From: Rhizobiaceae bacterium | Lineage (GTDB): Bacteria; Pseudomonadota; Alphaproteobacteria; Rhizobiales; Rhizobiaceae | Assembly: GCA_036520515.1 (NCBI GenBank) | Contig: DATDJN010000109.1 | Location: 1-41,887, forward strand | Reading direction: 5' to 3' | DNA: 41,887 nucleotides | Shown here: piece by piece, positions 17,391-26,455 of the stretch | Position numbering within the stretch: position 1 is the first letter of the stretch | Layout of the letters: every line of letters begins with the position of its first letter | Notes under the pieces: generated by a model | Database searches by the model: none | The model's input: only the letters and a program-made list of their open reading frames with translations | What the model was told of the DNA's origin: nothing | Translations under genes and position numbers: made by a program

Positions 17391-18869
17391 TCATCGCCTA
17401 CTGGCAGAGCGCCGCGCGGGAGGGGACGCCGCAGCATCGCCGTTCCGGGTCCTCTTGGCCAATCGACTGGTGGTGAATCGCGGGCTCGGGCAGGCGGATG
17501 CCGTCGAGGTCCTCTCGGCGCGTTTGGCATCCATCAGCCAGACGCCGCTTCCGAGGAGGAAGAGGAACCAAACATACGATGCCGCCCAAAAGTAAACAGT
17601 GCAGCCGACGAAGAAAAAAACCGCCATGCACAGGAGGTAAGCCAGTCGCGATGCCTCCTGCCGCTGATCGACAGGCGCCCGGAAACCGACCGCGAGCGTG
17701 ATCGCAAAGTACGCTCCGAGCATGAAAATCAAGGCTGGAATGCCGTGGCGGACGGCGATCACGAGCCAGAAATTGTCGATGGTACTGGACGCCATCCATG
17801 TCGGTCGCACCCAGTCCGCGTAGCCGATTCCAAAGATTGGGTGGGCGGCTACCGAAGCGGTCGCATACTCCCATGTAAACAGGCGATACCAGCCGGTCCC
17901 TCGGTCAAAGGTGAGATAGGTGATGTAGAAGGAGGCTGGAGTCTGATTGGAGCCGAACTCGATCACCAGATAGACGGCAAATCCCAGAGCCCAGAGCATT
18001 TTCCATCTAGCGGCATGCTGCCGCAGCAGCCAATTCCAGCTCATCAAAGCGCATTGCATGACCAGCGAGGCGATCGGAGCGGATGACAGCGACATCAGCG
18101 CGGCGCCGACCACCGAGGCCGTCACGAACTTGTTGCCGGACTTTCCATCATCCTTGCCTCCCACAAGGTGTGTCAACGCAAACAGGCTGGCGCAGAATAC
18201 ACCGAACAGAATGGGGTGTTCGAACGGTCCTTGGGCCCGCATCAGGCCCATGCGCTTTTCGGTCGGCCCGAATTCGAAAGTCTGAGCCACGCCTTGGAAT
18301 GTGTCCAATATGAGCTTGCGGCCGGTCACTGCCTCAAGGACAACGAAAGGCAGGAGGAACATGACGAGCGTGGCGCTCAAACGAATGGCGTTTCGGAAGT
18401 CCTCTTGGTCGCGAATGTAGCAACGAGCCAGAAGGTATGCGCCCATCGTTTCAATGAACAGGATGCCGCCGGGCTCGATGGAGGCGGAAGGCCCGTGGTT
18501 GACGGAAAAGCTCAGGAAGCACCAAGCGCAATAAGCAAACAGCAGGAAGTCGGATATACACCACTGCCCCGCCCGGCCAGTGAGCCATTTCACCAGGCAT
18601 GGGATGAGCATCGCGAGCAGAACGAAGCGGCTGGCCGACAGGTGCAGCGGTCCTATCATCAACACCCATGGGATGAAGAGGGACACGATAAAGAGGGCAA
18701 CTGGCCAAGCCAGCTTGTTCCGGCTGGCAACGTTTCCACTTACGTGTCCTGGTCGCGCGCCGCCGCTGCGGCCAGTCCTGGTTGTGGCCGAATCCGCAAG
18801 GCCGGCCGCCGCGCCGTGGCGGGGCTGGTAATGGCCCATTCGAGCAGGAATATCGGATGAAGAGTTCAA
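17391..18869 (-). CDS. Wzy/O-antigen ligase-family membrane protein (probable polymerase)
   Basis: Multiple TM helices, RAQGPFEHPILFG, HPIFGIG, IDNFWLVIAVRHGIP. Confidence 0.82.
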   Translation of the reverse strand: MNSSSDIPARMGHYQPRHGAAAGLADSATTRTGRSGGARPGHVSGNVASRNKLAWPVALFIVSLFIPWVLMIGPLHLSASRFVLLAMLIPCLVKWLTGRAGQWCISDFLLFAYCAWCFLSFSVNHGPSASIEPGGILFIETMGAYLLARCYIRDQEDFRNAIRLSATLVMFLLPFVVLEAVTGRKLILDTFQGVAQTFEFGPTEKRMGLMRAQGPFEHPILFGVFCASLFALTHLVGGKDDGKSGNKFVTASVVGAALMSLSSAPIASLVMQCALMSWNWLLRQHAARWKMLWALGFAVYLVIEFGSNQTPASFYITYLTFDRGTGWYRLFTWEYATASVAAHPIFGIGYADWVRPTWMASSTIDNFWLVIAVRHGIPALIFMLGAYFAITLAVGFRAPVDQRQEASRLAYLLCMAVFFFVGCTVYFWAASYVWFLFLLGSGVWLMDAKRAERTSTASACPSPRFTTSRLAKRTRNGDAAASPPARRSASRR

Positions 18870-18967
18870 CTGCTGGCCTACCGAGCACCTTTGAACGCGT
18901 CATTTCTCGCACCGAAATCAGTATCATTTCCTGTGTGACTAGCATCGAGTCCTTCCGGACCGAGGCT

Positions 18968-19177
18968 TAACCCATTCGATGAAGCAGCTCGTCAATTTTC
19001 ATGCGTAGGCAAGATGTTCGCTCCCGAGTAGTGCGCCGGCGCTTCGACGAGGGGTGCGTCCTGTACCATCGGCAGTGATCGACCAGGCAACCTGCCTTGG
19101 ATGGCGCGATGCGAGCATCCAACTCCTCTTCCTCCGTGAACGGCTGATCGTTTGGAGCATGCCATTCATCAAAATGG
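18968..19177. promoter_or_regulatory. Divergent promoter region with repeated candidate operator motifs
   Basis: TAACCCATTCGATGAAG (18968-18984), TCATGCGTAGG (18999-19009), TTCATCAAAATGG (19165-19177; exact reverse complement of 1505-1517). Confidence 0.45.
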
Positions 19178-20399
19178 AGAAGTGGACGCAATGCGGTTGA
19201 AGCCGACAATAAATCCAGACGTTAGCCAACGGGACGTCAAGAAGAGCGTCATGTCGAACGTGCGAGATATCTCGGTGCGCGCCGGTGGTGCAAATGCGGT
19301 CAAGCGGTTTCGTCGCGGGGCGTCACGCTCCGCGCGCGTTTTTTTCCGTCAGGCATATGCAAGTCTTTCGCAGTTCACACGCTACTTGCATCGGAAACAG
19401 TTCGCACTGGCGACTAGCCGTTTGGTTACGCGAGACCCTACCGTCTTCTTCTGCTGCCCCGATTTCGATCAGCCCGCCGGTGGGGTGCGGGTGATCTACC
19501 GGCACGTGGACATCCTGAACTCAGCGGGCATCAGGGCCTTTGTAATGCATCGGAAGCAGGGGTTTCGATGTAGCTGGTTTGAAAACGTGACGCCGATCGT
19601 CGCGCAGGCACGTGTCCAGATCGAGCCACGCGATGTGATTGTCATTCCCGAAACGGAAGCCGACCTTCTGTCTGTGCTGCCAGTCGGGTTGCGGTATGTA
19701 ATCTTCAATCAGAATAGCCACCTGACCTGGACGCAGATCGACAGTGAATCAGGGGCACTCTACACGTCCGATCCGGACCTGGCCGCGGTGATTACAGTTT
19801 CAACGCACAATGAAGAGATGCTGCGGTACGCCTTCAACGGCTGTCCCGTCCGGCGTATCCGGCTTAGCGTCGATCCAGTCCTTTTCTACCCCAGCGAGGA
19901 TGAGCGCCCGCGCCGTCTGACGTATATGCCGAGGCGCGGTCGGTCGGAGGCTGCGCAGGTGATCGCGATGCTTCGTGGACGTGGCGTGTTTGATCGATGG
20001 GACCTTCAGGCGCTGGACGGCCTGCCGCATTCCGGCGTCGCACAGCAGCTGAGAACTTCGCGGATATTTCTGGCTTTCACCGGCCAGGAGGGGTTCGGCC
20101 TGCCTGCCGCTGAAGCTATGGCCTGCGGAAACTACGTGATCGGCAATCATGGCTTTGGCGGCCGGGAGTTCTTCAATGAGGATTTTAGTGTGCCGATCGA
20201 AAGCGGGGATGTTGTTGGTTTCGCGCGGGCTGTCGAGGAGGCTATTCGCATGGAGACGCAGGATCATGGCTGGTGCGAAAGGAAAGGCCGGCAAGCGGCG
20301 AGCTTCATCTCGTCAACGTACGGCCTTGACCAAGAACGAGAGGACGTCATCCGAACGTATGTCGAAATACTAAACGGATCTCGGCAGGCCTCCTGTTGA
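19152..20399 (+). CDS. GT-B glycosyltransferase (GT4-like); true start probably 19191 or 19251
   Basis: PAGGVRVIYRHVDILN, YMPRR, EGFGLPAAEAMACG. Confidence 0.85.
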   Translation: MEHAIHQNGEVDAMRLKPTINPDVSQRDVKKSVMSNVRDISVRAGGANAVKRFRRGASRSARVFFRQAYASLSQFTRYLHRKQFALATSRLVTRDPTVFFCCPDFDQPAGGVRVIYRHVDILNSAGIRAFVMHRKQGFRCSWFENVTPIVAQARVQIEPRDVIVIPETEADLLSVLPVGLRYVIFNQNSHLTWTQIDSESGALYTSDPDLAAVITVSTHNEEMLRYAFNGCPVRRIRLSVDPVLFYPSEDERPRRLTYMPRRGRSEAAQVIAMLRGRGVFDRWDLQALDGLPHSGVAQQLRTSRIFLAFTGQEGFGLPAAEAMACGNYVIGNHGFGGREFFNEDFSVPIESGDVVGFARAVEEAIRMETQDHGWCERKGRQAASFISSTYGLDQEREDVIRTYVEILNGSRQASC

Positions 20400-20424
20400 A
20401 GCGTCCGCCGAACGCACCTGTCCA

Positions 20425-21561
20425 ATGTTGGGATCGCGCATGGATATTCTCAGCCGAGCTTCAGCAAGACTGGCGAAGGGAAGCGTGAGGAGGGCGGTAG
20501 AACTTGATCGCGTGCCTCGCGTGAGTGTAGTCATTCCCTGCTACAATTATGGGCGCTATCTGCCTCAATGTGTCGAAAGCGTGACGAGCGGCCAGCCCGG
20601 CATTGACCTCGAGATTCTTATCGTCGATGACAAATCGACGGACGACAGCCTCGATGTCGCGAGGTCTATCAGTGAATCCGATAGCCGCGTGCGCGTGATC
20701 GCGCATGCGCAGAACAAGGGGCACATCTCGACGTATAATGACGGGCTGGACGCGGCTACAGGAGAATTCGTACTTCTTCTGTCAGCCGACGACTTGGTGA
20801 CGCCAGGGGCTCTCACGCGTGCAGCCGAATTGCTGGCCGCCGTCCCGTCAGTGGGCTTCGTCTACGGGAATGCCATTCATTTCAGCCGCGACCTGCCGCC
20901 AAGTCGCAGCCAGGGAAGGGATTGGATCATCTGGAGCGGCGTCGATTGGTTGGAACAGCGCTGCCGCACGGGGTACAATGTGGCAGCTTCTCCAGAAGTC
21001 GTCATGCGGACTTCTGTCCTGAGGGCGATCGGAGGCTATAGGCCAGACCTTCCGCACGCCGGAGATTTCGAGATGTGGCTTCGTGCGTCAGCCGTAGCGG
21101 ACGTCGGCTTCCTCATCGGAGTAGACCAAGCCTACTATCGTCATCACACGGGGAATATGCATGAGAAGGACTTTAAGTCGGGTACCCCGCACGGTCAGTT
21201 CACCGACCTGAATGAACGCTGGCGGTCGTTCGAGGCGGTGTTCTCGGGCGTCGGCTGCGGCCTGGAGGACAGACCCCGTCTCTTGCAGATCGCCCGTCGA
21301 ACCATGGCTCGGCGGGCGTTGGAACATGTCAACTACGCATACGCCCGGGGACTTGCGGACTTTCCCGCCGCGCGGTTCGAGGCCCTCGCGTGCGAAATCG
21401 ATCGGGACGTGGCGCGTACCAGTACCGGCCGGGCACTCGCGAGGCGAAAGAGGCTCGGCATGATTTCGTTGCCACTTCATCCGTTGTGGGCGCCATCTGC
21501 TATCGCGTTGCGACTCGGGTTGCGGTTGCGAGGGTGGCGGCATCGCAGGATCGGGGTCTGA
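20425..21561 (+). CDS. Glycosyltransferase family 2
   Basis: VSVVIPCYNYGRYL, IVDDKSTD, GHISTYNDG, LLSADD, LPHAGDFEMWLR. Confidence 0.93.
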   Translation: MLGSRMDILSRASARLAKGSVRRAVELDRVPRVSVVIPCYNYGRYLPQCVESVTSGQPGIDLEILIVDDKSTDDSLDVARSISESDSRVRVIAHAQNKGHISTYNDGLDAATGEFVLLLSADDLVTPGALTRAAELLAAVPSVGFVYGNAIHFSRDLPPSRSQGRDWIIWSGVDWLEQRCRTGYNVAASPEVVMRTSVLRAIGGYRPDLPHAGDFEMWLRASAVADVGFLIGVDQAYYRHHTGNMHEKDFKSGTPHGQFTDLNERWRSFEAVFSGVGCGLEDRPRLLQIARRTMARRALEHVNYAYARGLADFPAARFEALACEIDRDVARTSTGRALARRKRLGMISLPLHPLWAPSAIALRLGLRLRGWRHRRIGV

Positions 21562-21606
21562 TATGTCGCCGGGCATCCAGGCGCGCCGTCCGAGACTGGC
21601 GCCGTC

Positions 21607-22818
21607 GTGACGCACCTCAGGCCGCGAGAAGATGGGTGCGAAGTGCCGGACTATCGTTGCCTGACCTATTGCTCAATACCGTATAACGGCCGCGGCTGGC
21701 CGGAGACTTGCGCAAGCATGTTGCGCAATTTCCGATCCGCTGGTTTAGCACCCGTACTTGTCGTACCGCGTGTCACCAAACCCCTGCCGGCCAGCGTAAG
21801 TGTACTCGAAAGCCTGCCGTTTCCATTTTCAAAACTACCTTGGCAAATCGCGGGGGCGCGGGGCATCAAGCGCCTCAACCGCCTGTTCGAGCAACAGATA
21901 GCCCTAGCCGATCCGGCCACGACGGCAGCCTATTTCTGGCCGGGTTCTCCACCCGCGTTGATCAAACGAGCTAAGGAGGCGGGAATCCTGACGATCGGCC
22001 AGATGATCAATACCTTCCAGGGCACAGCAAAGAAGATACTTGATCGTTCCTACGGCCGATTGGCCCTTCCGTCCGGATGCACGATCTCGCAACGGGATAT
22101 AGATTTCGAGATATGCGAACTAAGCCTGTACGACTTTGTATTCGCGCCGAATCCTGAAGTCGAGCGGTCTCTGCATGAGGCGGGCGTCGAGGCTCAACGC
22201 ATCATATCCACCAGCTTCGGCTGGTCGCCGTCCCGCTACGCCAAATCAAACGGGATCCAGGATTCACAGCGGCCGCTCAGGTTTCTCTTCGTCGGCACGG
22301 CCGGCGTCCGAAAAGGTGTCCCGACCCTGCTTCAAGCCTGGAAGAACGCACGCATCGCGGGCGAACTGGTCATCGTGGGACATGTCGAAGCGGCAATCCA
22401 GGACTGGATGACTGCTGCTATGCAAGACAGCTCGGTTCGGCACGTCGCCTTTACGGAAGATGTCGGTGCGTTCTACCGCTGCGCCGACATCTTCGTCTTT
22501 CCGACGATCGAGGAAGGCGGACCTCAAGTGACATTGGAAGCCGGAGGATGCGGCCTCCCGGTCATTACAACTCCCATGGGTGCAGCGCGCCTGGTTGAAC
22601 ACGATGTCAACGGACTGATCGTCCAGACGGAGAACGTCGATGCCCTGACGGAAGCGATGGTGCGCATGGCTGGCAACGCCGACCTTCGTGCGAAGTTCTC
22701 CCAGCGGATTGAACGAGATGCCGCGCGTTTCACCTATGACGAGGTGAGCGCTTCGCATGCCAGGACCATCGTGGGGCTTCTGCAGGCCAGGATGCCCAAC
22801 GATCCTGGTGGAGTTTGA
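21607..22818 (+). CDS. Glycosyltransferase family 4
   Basis: FLFVGTAGVRKG, ADIFVFPTIEEGGPQVTLEAGGCGLPVITT, HDVNGLIV. Confidence 0.9.
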   Translation: MTHLRPREDGCEVPDYRCLTYCSIPYNGRGWPETCASMLRNFRSAGLAPVLVVPRVTKPLPASVSVLESLPFPFSKLPWQIAGARGIKRLNRLFEQQIALADPATTAAYFWPGSPPALIKRAKEAGILTIGQMINTFQGTAKKILDRSYGRLALPSGCTISQRDIDFEICELSLYDFVFAPNPEVERSLHEAGVEAQRIISTSFGWSPSRYAKSNGIQDSQRPLRFLFVGTAGVRKGVPTLLQAWKNARIAGELVIVGHVEAAIQDWMTAAMQDSSVRHVAFTEDVGAFYRCADIFVFPTIEEGGPQVTLEAGGCGLPVITTPMGAARLVEHDVNGLIVQTENVDALTEAMVRMAGNADLRAKFSQRIERDAARFTYDEVSASHARTIVGLLQARMPNDPGGV

Positions 22819-22945
22819 ACTCCGGGCCGATCCGGCAGACGAGCCCGAGCGAGGTCCCCCGCTCGTGGGAAACTCTGTAGGACGCGACATCAAGGCATCG
22901 GCACAAAGAAGGCAGGTAGCCGGCGCTCTCGAATCTTGGCTGAAC

Positions 22946-22976
22946 GACGGGCGGCCGCTCGTCCCGGCTGCCCGTC
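22946..22976. terminator. Hairpin between convergent GT4 and RTX genes, possible terminator
   Basis: GACGGGCGGCCG-7 nt loop-CGGCTGCCCGTC (12-bp stem, one wobble) 6 nt past the RTX stop; only a weak U-tract. Confidence 0.5.
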
Positions 22977-22982
22977 AATTTG

Positions 22983-25112
22983 TCAGATCACCGTGAAATC
23001 CGCGCTCGTGAGGTTCAGGTTGGTGCTCAGCGTCGCGAAGTGTACGGACCCTCCCGCCGCGCTGCCGTTACTGTCGTAGAACAGCTTGCCGGTGTCGCTC
23101 TCGTAGATGATGTGGTCGTTGGCGTCCGCCGCAAATCCGGTGGTGTTCTTGACGAAGTTGGCGCTCGAAAGAACACCGGTTCTGGTCAGCGCCGTGAAAA
23201 CGGCGTTCTCCAGATGGATGACGTCGTCGACCACTGAAAAGTCGGTGATCCTGTCGACGTTCGTGCTGGCGGAGGGGGCCACGTCGAAGACGAGGGTGTC
23301 ATTGCCTGCCCCTCCGGTCAGGATGTCGTTGCCCGCTCCCCCCTTGAGAACGTCGTTGCCGCCGTACCCGCGCAAGGTGTCGTTGCCGCCGCCGCCGCTG
23401 AGTACGTTGCTGCCGGAGTTGCCCCCCAGCACATTGGCAAGGCCGTTGCCGCTGCCTGAAAGATTCGCTGAACCGGTCAGCATCAAGTTCTCGAAAGTCC
23501 CGAGGACCCGCGTCGACGACGCTAGGCTGAAGCTGATTGACGAATGGATCGTGTCGGTACCGCCCGATCCGGCCGCGCTCTCGTCGATGGTGTCGCCTGT
23601 GCTGTTCACGACGTAGAGGTCGTCCCCGGCGCCGCCTCGCATGGTGTCGTTGCCAGTTCCACCATCGAGGGTGTCGTTGCCGGCGCCACCGATAAGCGTA
23701 TCGTTACCTGACCCACCACTCAGCGTGTTTGTCCCGCTGTTGCCCGTGATGACGTTGGCCACCGCGTTGCCGGTGCCGTTGATGTTGGCGGTCCCGGTCA
23801 GGGCGAGATTCTCCACGGTTCCGAGCACGCGTGCGGAATTGAGGAGGCTGAATGTCACAGAGGATTGCACGCTGTCGGTTCCGCCTGATCCGGCAGCACC
23901 TTCGTCGACTGTGTCGCCCGCGTTGTCGACCACGTAGATGTCGTCTCCGGCGCCTCCAAGCATCGTGTCCGCGCCCGCGCCGCCGTTCAGCACGTTGGCT
24001 GCGCCGTTGCCCACCAACTGGTTGTTGGCGGCATTTCCAGTCGCGTTGATCGCGCTGGTACCGATGAGTACAAGGTTTTCGAGAACTCCAAGGACGGAGG
24101 ACGAGTTTACGAGGCTGAAGGTGATCGATGACCGCACGGTGTCGGTGCCATTTACGCCTGCCTCGTCGACGATGTCGCTAGAGCTGTCGACGACGTACGT
24201 GTCGCTGCCGGACCCGCCGCGCATCGTGTCTGCGCCGGGGCCTCCGTCGAGGTAGTCGTCGCCGGCACCGCCGAGCAGCAGGTCTTTCCCGCCCAGTCCA
24301 TAGAATTTTTCATTGCCGGCATTGGAAACGCCACCGGCGGGCAGCACGTCGTCGCCTGCTGTTCCGTTGAATACGGTAGGGCTGCCGACTACCGGGCCAG
24401 ACGACGGCAGCGCTCCATGCGGCAGCTCCGCGTTGCCCCTGATCGTGGGATTGGCCTGGTAGATGTAGTAATAGCCGTAGAAGCCCCGGGCGATCTGATT
24501 GTTTTCGATCGTTACCCCGGTCGTGCCGTGGCCGTGGTCGCCGGTCACATAGATGCTGTAGCCGGGAGTGCCGCCCAGGAAGTTGTCGCGGATCGTGATA
24601 TCCGACACCGCCCCCCATAAATCGGAGATCAGGATGTCTGAGGTGTCGCGCGAAATGACAGTGTTGTCAGCAATCAGCACTTGGTGCTGGCCGCCGAAAA
24701 CCTGGATGCCGTCATAATGGGGATCGCTTCCCGCGGATGCCAGGTCGTGGATGTAGTTACCCTGCACAATGCTCGAGCCGCCGGTCAGGGAGATGCCGTT
24801 CTGTACCTTGGAGATATCGTTGCGCAGGAATGTGCCGGTGCCGAGGATGGCCGAGTCGCTCGAGCCCGCGTAGCCCGGCCCGATGATGTCGGAATCCTGA
24901 ATTGTCGTGTTCTTGGGGCCTTCGGCGTCGATGCCCCAGTATGAATTGAAGTTTATCACGGAGTTCTTGATGACGACGTTGTCCGCCAGAATGCGAAGCG
25001 ATCCATTAATGATCTTGCCGTCGATTACGGTTCCCGGCGTCGTGATCGTCATGGGGCCGGTATAGGCAGTAAGTTGCGTGCCGGTAGGCACTCCGTATGT
25101 AGTGCTCGCCAT
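22983..25112 (-). CDS. Type I-secreted RTX/Ca2+-binding protein with N-terminal parallel beta-helix domain
   Basis: No N-terminal signal peptide, no Cys. About 230 aa of beta-helix-like repeats (...NYIHDL...HYDGIQ...), many GGxGxDxL nonapeptides, and a C-terminal IIYESDTGKLFYDSNG...LTSADFTVI typical of T1SS substrates. Confidence 0.9.
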   Translation of the reverse strand: MASTTYGVPTGTQLTAYTGPMTITTPGTVIDGKIINGSLRILADNVVIKNSVINFNSYWGIDAEGPKNTTIQDSDIIGPGYAGSSDSAILGTGTFLRNDISKVQNGISLTGGSSIVQGNYIHDLASAGSDPHYDGIQVFGGQHQVLIADNTVISRDTSDILISDLWGAVSDITIRDNFLGGTPGYSIYVTGDHGHGTTGVTIENNQIARGFYGYYYIYQANPTIRGNAELPHGALPSSGPVVGSPTVFNGTAGDDVLPAGGVSNAGNEKFYGLGGKDLLLGGAGDDYLDGGPGADTMRGGSGSDTYVVDSSSDIVDEAGVNGTDTVRSSITFSLVNSSSVLGVLENLVLIGTSAINATGNAANNQLVGNGAANVLNGGAGADTMLGGAGDDIYVVDNAGDTVDEGAAGSGGTDSVQSSVTFSLLNSARVLGTVENLALTGTANINGTGNAVANVITGNSGTNTLSGGSGNDTLIGGAGNDTLDGGTGNDTMRGGAGDDLYVVNSTGDTIDESAAGSGGTDTIHSSISFSLASSTRVLGTFENLMLTGSANLSGSGNGLANVLGGNSGSNVLSGGGGNDTLRGYGGNDVLKGGAGNDILTGGAGNDTLVFDVAPSASTNVDRITDFSVVDDVIHLENAVFTALTRTGVLSSANFVKNTTGFAADANDHIIYESDTGKLFYDSNGSAAGGSVHFATLSTNLNLTSADFTVI
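23300..24230 (-). repeat. Three internal ~90-105 aa repeats in the RTX protein (approximate bounds)
   Basis: GGxGxDxYVV..GDTVDE..GTDxVxSSxxFSL..S.RVLGxxENLxLxGxxxINxxGN..AN repeated three times. Confidence 0.85.
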
Positions 25113-25633
25113 TGGTGGTAGCCTTTCTCCCCACAGCGTTTGCTAATACGGTCGCAAGAGTATTTCAAATCAACTAAAGTGAAAGAATATGACCGTCACG
25201 CCGTCATACTTTCGCCGCAATGTTAATCGGCAGTTTGGCAATGGTTCAGGTTGGTAAAGACGCTTGAAATTGAAAGAATTGCGATCGACAGCCTTGGTCA
25301 TTGTGCTGTGGGACCGGCGAGCAGCGGACGAAGTTTCAAACGGGGACAGTAGGCTGGTCATGCCAGGCCGTGCTGGCGACCCACCGTCGATGAACGACGC
25401 CGTCATGTAAGGCCCGTTCCACCGGCAAGCGTAATCCGAACTGAGTACGCAGGTGAATTGAACACCTAAAGGGCAGATCAAAGCCTAATGCTTTCAGCCC
25501 AGTAGCCTTTTCTCGCTGATTTTTTAGCATTGTCGAATTCCCGGTGGGCGCCTGCCGCTCCCTGCGCTTGCCGCGACTATCAGCGCCGCCAGTCTGTCGA
25601 TGGCTGCGTCTCTTGACCCTGTAGGAGACCGAG

Positions 25634-26431
25634 ATGCGCAGGAACCAGAAACTGCTCTTCGGCGTCCACTTCGACGCAATCCGCATGGAAGACGTGGTCG
25701 CACGCGCACATAGCGCCATTGCCACGCGCAGGAGGCTGCTTATCGGCGTCCTCAACGCGGCAAAGATCGTGAATATGCGACGCGACCCGCTGCTGCGTGG
25801 TTCGCTTATGGAGTGCGACCTGATGCTTGCCGACGGGCAGTCAGTCGTATGGGCGAGCAAACTGCTGAGGCGGCCTCTTCCCGAGCGCATTGCAGGCATC
25901 GATATATTCGAGAACCTTCTGGGCCTCGCTAATCGCGCGAAGCATTCGGTATATCTGCTCGGAGCGCGGCCGGAAGTCCTCCACACTCTGGAGATGCAGA
26001 TACGGGAGCGGTTTCCGGACCTGCGGATCGTCGGCAGCCACCATGGATACTTCGACATGAAGGAAGCGCCGCAGGTTGCGGACCGGATCAGGCAGTCTGG
26101 CGCGGACATGCTGTTTCTCGGCATCACTTCGCCCAAGAAGGAGATTTTTCTCGGCACCTACGGGCCGTCGCTTGACGTGCCGGTGCTGCACGGGGTCGGC
26201 GGGTCGTTCGACATCATGGCCGGACTTACCAGGCGCGCACCGGCTTCCTGGCAACGGCTGGGCATGGAGTGGGCCTACAGGGTGCTTCAGGAGCCGGGCC
26301 GCCTCTGGTGGCGCTACCTGTCGACCAACACGATCTTCATGCTTCTGACACTCAGGGAACTCGTCCGTCCCGCTCGTGCCCTACCGCGGGGGCCTGCAGG
26401 CGAGTCACTGAAAGCAGTTCACTATTTCTGA
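25634..26431 (+). CDS. WecG/TagA/CpsF-family glycosyltransferase (GT26)
   Basis: NAAKIV, ADGQSVVWAS, ERIAGID, HHGYF, GITSPKKE, GVGGSFD, GMEWAYRVLQEPGRLWWRY. Confidence 0.95.
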   Translation: MRRNQKLLFGVHFDAIRMEDVVARAHSAIATRRRLLIGVLNAAKIVNMRRDPLLRGSLMECDLMLADGQSVVWASKLLRRPLPERIAGIDIFENLLGLANRAKHSVYLLGARPEVLHTLEMQIRERFPDLRIVGSHHGYFDMKEAPQVADRIRQSGADMLFLGITSPKKEIFLGTYGPSLDVPVLHGVGGSFDIMAGLTRRAPASWQRLGMEWAYRVLQEPGRLWWRYLSTNTIFMLLTLRELVRPARALPRGPAGESLKAVHYF

Positions 26432-26455
26432 GCGTAGGCGGCGGGGGATTCTGAC

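Noticed and set aside
22983-25112. Pore-forming RTX toxin acylated by the ACP module
   Set aside because: No hydrophobic pore domain and no HlyC-type acyltransferase; the N-terminus is a beta-helix.
25113-25633. Riboswitch or CtrA box upstream of the RTX gene
   Set aside because: No convincing aptamer structure; only an imperfect TTAA-N7 half match.
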